A stretch of 64,000 nt of DNA from an uncultured Acidimicrobiales bacterium (GTDB taxonomy: Bacteria; Actinomycetota; Acidimicrobiia; Acidimicrobiales; UBA10347): NCBI GenBank assembly GCA_943788915.1, contig CALSSD010000001.1, forward strand, positions 1-64,000, given 5' to 3'. The notes under the pieces are model-generated. The model worked only from the letters and a program-made list of their open reading frames with translations. It had not been told where the DNA came from and ran no database searches. Shown piece by piece: positions 60,966 through 64,000 of this stretch (position 1 is the stretch's first letter; every line of letters begins with the position of its first letter). A program made the translations under genes and the position numbers.

Positions 60966-62579
60966 ATGACAGCAGCACGGCATGAAGTCGTAATTATCGG
61001 TGCCGGTGTTTCCGGCATCTACCAGATCAAAAAGCTCACTGACCTAGGCATCGACGCCATCGTGCTCGAAGGCGACGATGACCTGGGCGGCACCTGGTAT
61101 CGCAATCGGTATCCGGGGGCCCGCTTCGATTCCGAGAGCTACACCTACGGCTACTCGTTCTCCCAGGAGCTGCTCGACGAGTGGCACTGGAACGAACGCT
61201 TCTCGGCCCAGCCCGAGAACCTGCGTTACCTGAACTTTGTAGCCGACAAGTTCGATCTCCGACGCCACATGCACTTCAACGCCAGGGTCACCACCATGAC
61301 CTGGGACGATGTCGCACACGAGTGGACGATCGAGCTGCAATCCGGTGAGACCTATATCGCCAAGTTCGTGATCACCAGCCTTGGGCCATTGTCCATGCCC
61401 ACGTTGCCTCGGTACGACGGTATGGACGAGTTTGCTGGCGAATCGTTCCACACGTATCACTGGCCCACCGAACCCCTCGACCTCTCCGACAAACGAGTGG
61501 GTGTCATCGGCACGGGTGCCACCGGCATCCAGGTCATCGCCGAACTCGCCGACAAGGTTGGCGAACTCAAGGTGTTCCAGCGCCGACCAAACTGGAGTTC
61601 ACCGCTGAACAACGGGCCGATCTCCGCCGATGAGATGGCAGCGATCCGAGCTCGTTACCCGGAGATCTTCGCCAACTGCTCGGCGTCACCGGGCGGCTTC
61701 GAACATGTGCCCGACCGCCGAGGCTTCTGGAACCTGACCGCCGAGGAACGCATCGAGACCTGGGACAAGCTCTATGCGGAACCCGGTTTCGCCATCTCGG
61801 CTGCAAACTTCCCAGAGATCTTCCTGGATGAGAAGGCCAACCAGGAGATGTCTGAGTACATCGCCAACCGCATCCGCGACCGGGTCGACGATCCCGAAGT
61901 CGCCGAGAAGCTGATCCCAAAGGATCACGGATTCGCCATGCAGCGACTGCCGCTTGAGACTCGGTACTTCGAGGCATACAACCGAGACAACGTGCATCTG
62001 GTCTCGCTGGCCGATGCGCCGATCGAACGCATTACCGAAACTGGGATCCAGACCGCTACTGAGCATCATGACCTCGATGTCATCGTTTACGCCACTGGTT
62101 TCGATGCCATCACCGGCGGGTACGACCGCATCGATATTCGCGGCGTTGGTGGCCAAACACTTGCCGATGCATGGAGCGATGGCCCAAGTACCTATCTCGG
62201 TGCGTTGACCCACGGTTTCCCCAACATGTTGATGGTGGCTGGTCCGCAGAGCGTGTCGGGATCCACCAACTTCCCCCGTGCAATCGAAACCGGCGTCGAC
62301 TGGCTCACCGGCCTGCTGGTGCACGCTCGCGACCACGGAATCAACCGGGTCGAAGCTCGTAGCGAAGCCCAAGAGCAGTGGGTCGAAGAGGTCGTGCGGG
62401 CCCACGAGAAGCTGCTGTTTCGCCGAAGCAAGGGCTGGTTCACTGGCTACAACTCGAACGTCGCTGGCCACCAGGAAGGCAAGATCCGTTACCAGGCCTA
62501 CTTTGGCGGAGTGCCCAAGTACATGAAGCTCATTAGCCAGGAAGCCGCCGAGGACTACCCAAGCATCGAGCTCGTGTAG
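60966..62579 (+). CDS. Baeyer-Villiger monooxygenase
   Basis: GAGVSG, GGTWYRNRYPGARFDSES, F.GESFHTYHWP fingerprint, GTGATG, ATGF. Confidence 0.9.
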   Translation: MTAARHEVVIIGAGVSGIYQIKKLTDLGIDAIVLEGDDDLGGTWYRNRYPGARFDSESYTYGYSFSQELLDEWHWNERFSAQPENLRYLNFVADKFDLRRHMHFNARVTTMTWDDVAHEWTIELQSGETYIAKFVITSLGPLSMPTLPRYDGMDEFAGESFHTYHWPTEPLDLSDKRVGVIGTGATGIQVIAELADKVGELKVFQRRPNWSSPLNNGPISADEMAAIRARYPEIFANCSASPGGFEHVPDRRGFWNLTAEERIETWDKLYAEPGFAISAANFPEIFLDEKANQEMSEYIANRIRDRVDDPEVAEKLIPKDHGFAMQRLPLETRYFEAYNRDNVHLVSLADAPIERITETGIQTATEHHDLDVIVYATGFDAITGGYDRIDIRGVGGQTLADAWSDGPSTYLGALTHGFPNMLMVAGPQSVSGSTNFPRAIETGVDWLTGLLVHARDHGINRVEARSEAQEQWVEEVVRAHEKLLFRRSKGWFTGYNSNVAGHQEGKIRYQAYFGGVPKYMKLISQEAAEDYPSIELV

Positions 62580-62584
62580 ACCCG

Positions 62585-63866
62585 ATGGACGCCCAACGCG
62601 CTGCTCGTTTTCCATTCGTACCGACCGACACGCCCCCGTTGGTCATCGACCGCACCGAGGACGTGTGGTTGATTCGCGACAACGGCAACCGCATTCTCGA
62701 CGCGGGCGGCGGAGCGATCGTGACCAACATCGGCCACGGCCGGGCCGATGTAGTGCGTGCCGCGACCGAAGCGCTCGGTCAGGTCGACTACGTCGTGCCG
62801 CTGTGGGCGACCGAGAACCGGGTCGCACTGATCGAGGAACTCACCGAACACTGGTTGCCCGACGGTTTCACACAAGCCTCGTTCTTCTGCGGTGGAAGTG
62901 AATCAGTCGACGCAGCAGTCCGACTGGCCCGCACCCACCATGTGTCAAACGGCGACCATGGCCGGTGGAAGGTCATCGGCCGAGATGTCTCCTATCACGG
63001 GTCCACGCTGTCGGGGCTGAGTGTCGGCAACCATGACCGGCGCCGGTCTGGCCTTGAGCCGATGCTGAACGATCATCCCAAGAGCGATTGGCTCGATGCC
63101 GAGTCGTTGGCCAAGGTCATCGAACGCGAGGATCCTGACACGGTGTCGGCGTTCATTGCCGAGCCGATCAATGGGGCGTCGGGAGCCGCCATGGTCCCGC
63201 CCGCCGGCTACTGGCCAGCGGTCGAAGAAGCGTGCCGGAGCCAATGGCGTCCTCATCATCGTCGACGAGGTCATGACCGGGCTTGGCCGCACCGGCCTGA
63301 AGTGGGGTCATGAACACTTCGGCATCACGCCCGACATCATCGTGGGCGGCAAGGGCCTGTCGGGCGGTTACGCGCCGATGGGCGGCATGTACACAACCCG
63401 AGCCATCGTGGACCCGATCGCTGCCGCGGGCAACAGCCTGATGTACTTCACCTTCAGCGGCGCTGACATTGGTTGTGCCGTGAGCGTGAAGGTGCTGCAG
63501 ATCATGCGAGAAGAAGGCCTGGTCGATCGGGCAGCACAGATGGGTCAGCGACTACGCACCCGTATGGAAGAGGAACTCGCCGATCACCCCAACGTGGCGG
63601 ACATCCGCGGACTCGGCCTGATGCAGGGCATCGAGCTGGTGAAGGACCGCAACTCGGGTGAGAGTTTCACTCGGAGCGACGAGTTCGCCCAACAGGTCGC
63701 AATGGAAGCGATCGAACGCGGCGTGTGGATCTACCCGTGCGGATCGGGCCCAGTGGTCGACGGCCTGTTGTTTGGCCCGCCATACACAATCACCGACGAT
63801 CACATCGAACAAATCGTCGGTGTGACCGGGGAAGCCATCACCGCCGCCGCATCTCGCCTCTCCTGA
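62585..63866 (+). CDS. Class III PLP aminotransferase, frameshift near 63235
   Basis: GGSESVDAA, SYHG, FIAEP; DEVMTGLGRTG and GKGLSGGY in the second frame. Confidence 0.85.
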
Positions 63867-63898
63867 AAAGTTACGTCCCCTGGGGGACATAACTTTTC
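63865..63898. repeat. REP-like palindrome, family B copy 2
   Basis: GAAAAGTTACGTCCCCTGGGGGACATAACTTTTC between convergent genes. Confidence 0.8.
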
Positions 63899-63903
63899 GT
63901 GCA

Positions 63904-64000
63904 TCAGCGGGCCCATTCTTGTTCGCCGTAGGTGGCGATGAGGTCGAGGACGTCGTCGACGTCGCTGGTTGTGACACGTGGGTTCATGTAGAGCAGCCGG
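63904..64000 (-). CDS. 3-prime end of a gene running off the window, possibly a group II PLP-dependent decarboxylase
   Basis: RLLYMNPRVTTSDVDDVLDLIATYGEQEWAR then stop. Confidence 0.45.
   Translation of the reverse strand, partial: RLLYMNPRVTTSDVDDVLDLIATYGEQEWAR

Noticed and set aside
1..64000. tRNA or rRNA genes
   Set aside because: No cloverleaf or rRNA-like sequence recognised by eye, including at the element ends; a covariance-model scan would be needed to exclude them fully

Overview
GC-rich actinobacterial DNA, most likely Acidimicrobiia (inferred from gene content and style, not proven). It looks like an error-prone long-read or MAG consensus, because several otherwise intact genes carry single-base frameshifts. 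Most of the window is catabolic and housekeeping: SDRs, two Baeyer-Villiger monooxygenases, a sulfatase, CoA transferases, MFS/ABC/Kup/MMPL transporters, oligopeptidase A, serine dehydratase, a two-component system and a MazEF pair. The main feature is a compact integrative element of about 8.2 kb (about 28240-36397). It is bounded by inverted attP-like half-sites. It encodes a large serine integrase, an unannotated 44-aa ORF resembling the phiRv1 recombination directionality factor, a Zn-finger/TOPRIM primase, a RecA-type helicase and an iteron/hairpin origin. Its only cargo is two secreted surface proteins that share a duplicated LAYTG sortase-type anchor, one of them a nearly symmetric 7-blade beta-propeller. 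No capsid, terminase or conjugation genes are visible, so it looks like a satellite-like, autonomously replicating island delivering surface proteins. Other notable items are a stand-alone eukaryote-like protein arginine methyltransferase, an MDMPI-HxlR in-frame fusion, two families of short REP-like palindromes and several deletion scars. All product names come from motif recognition by eye, with no database searches.
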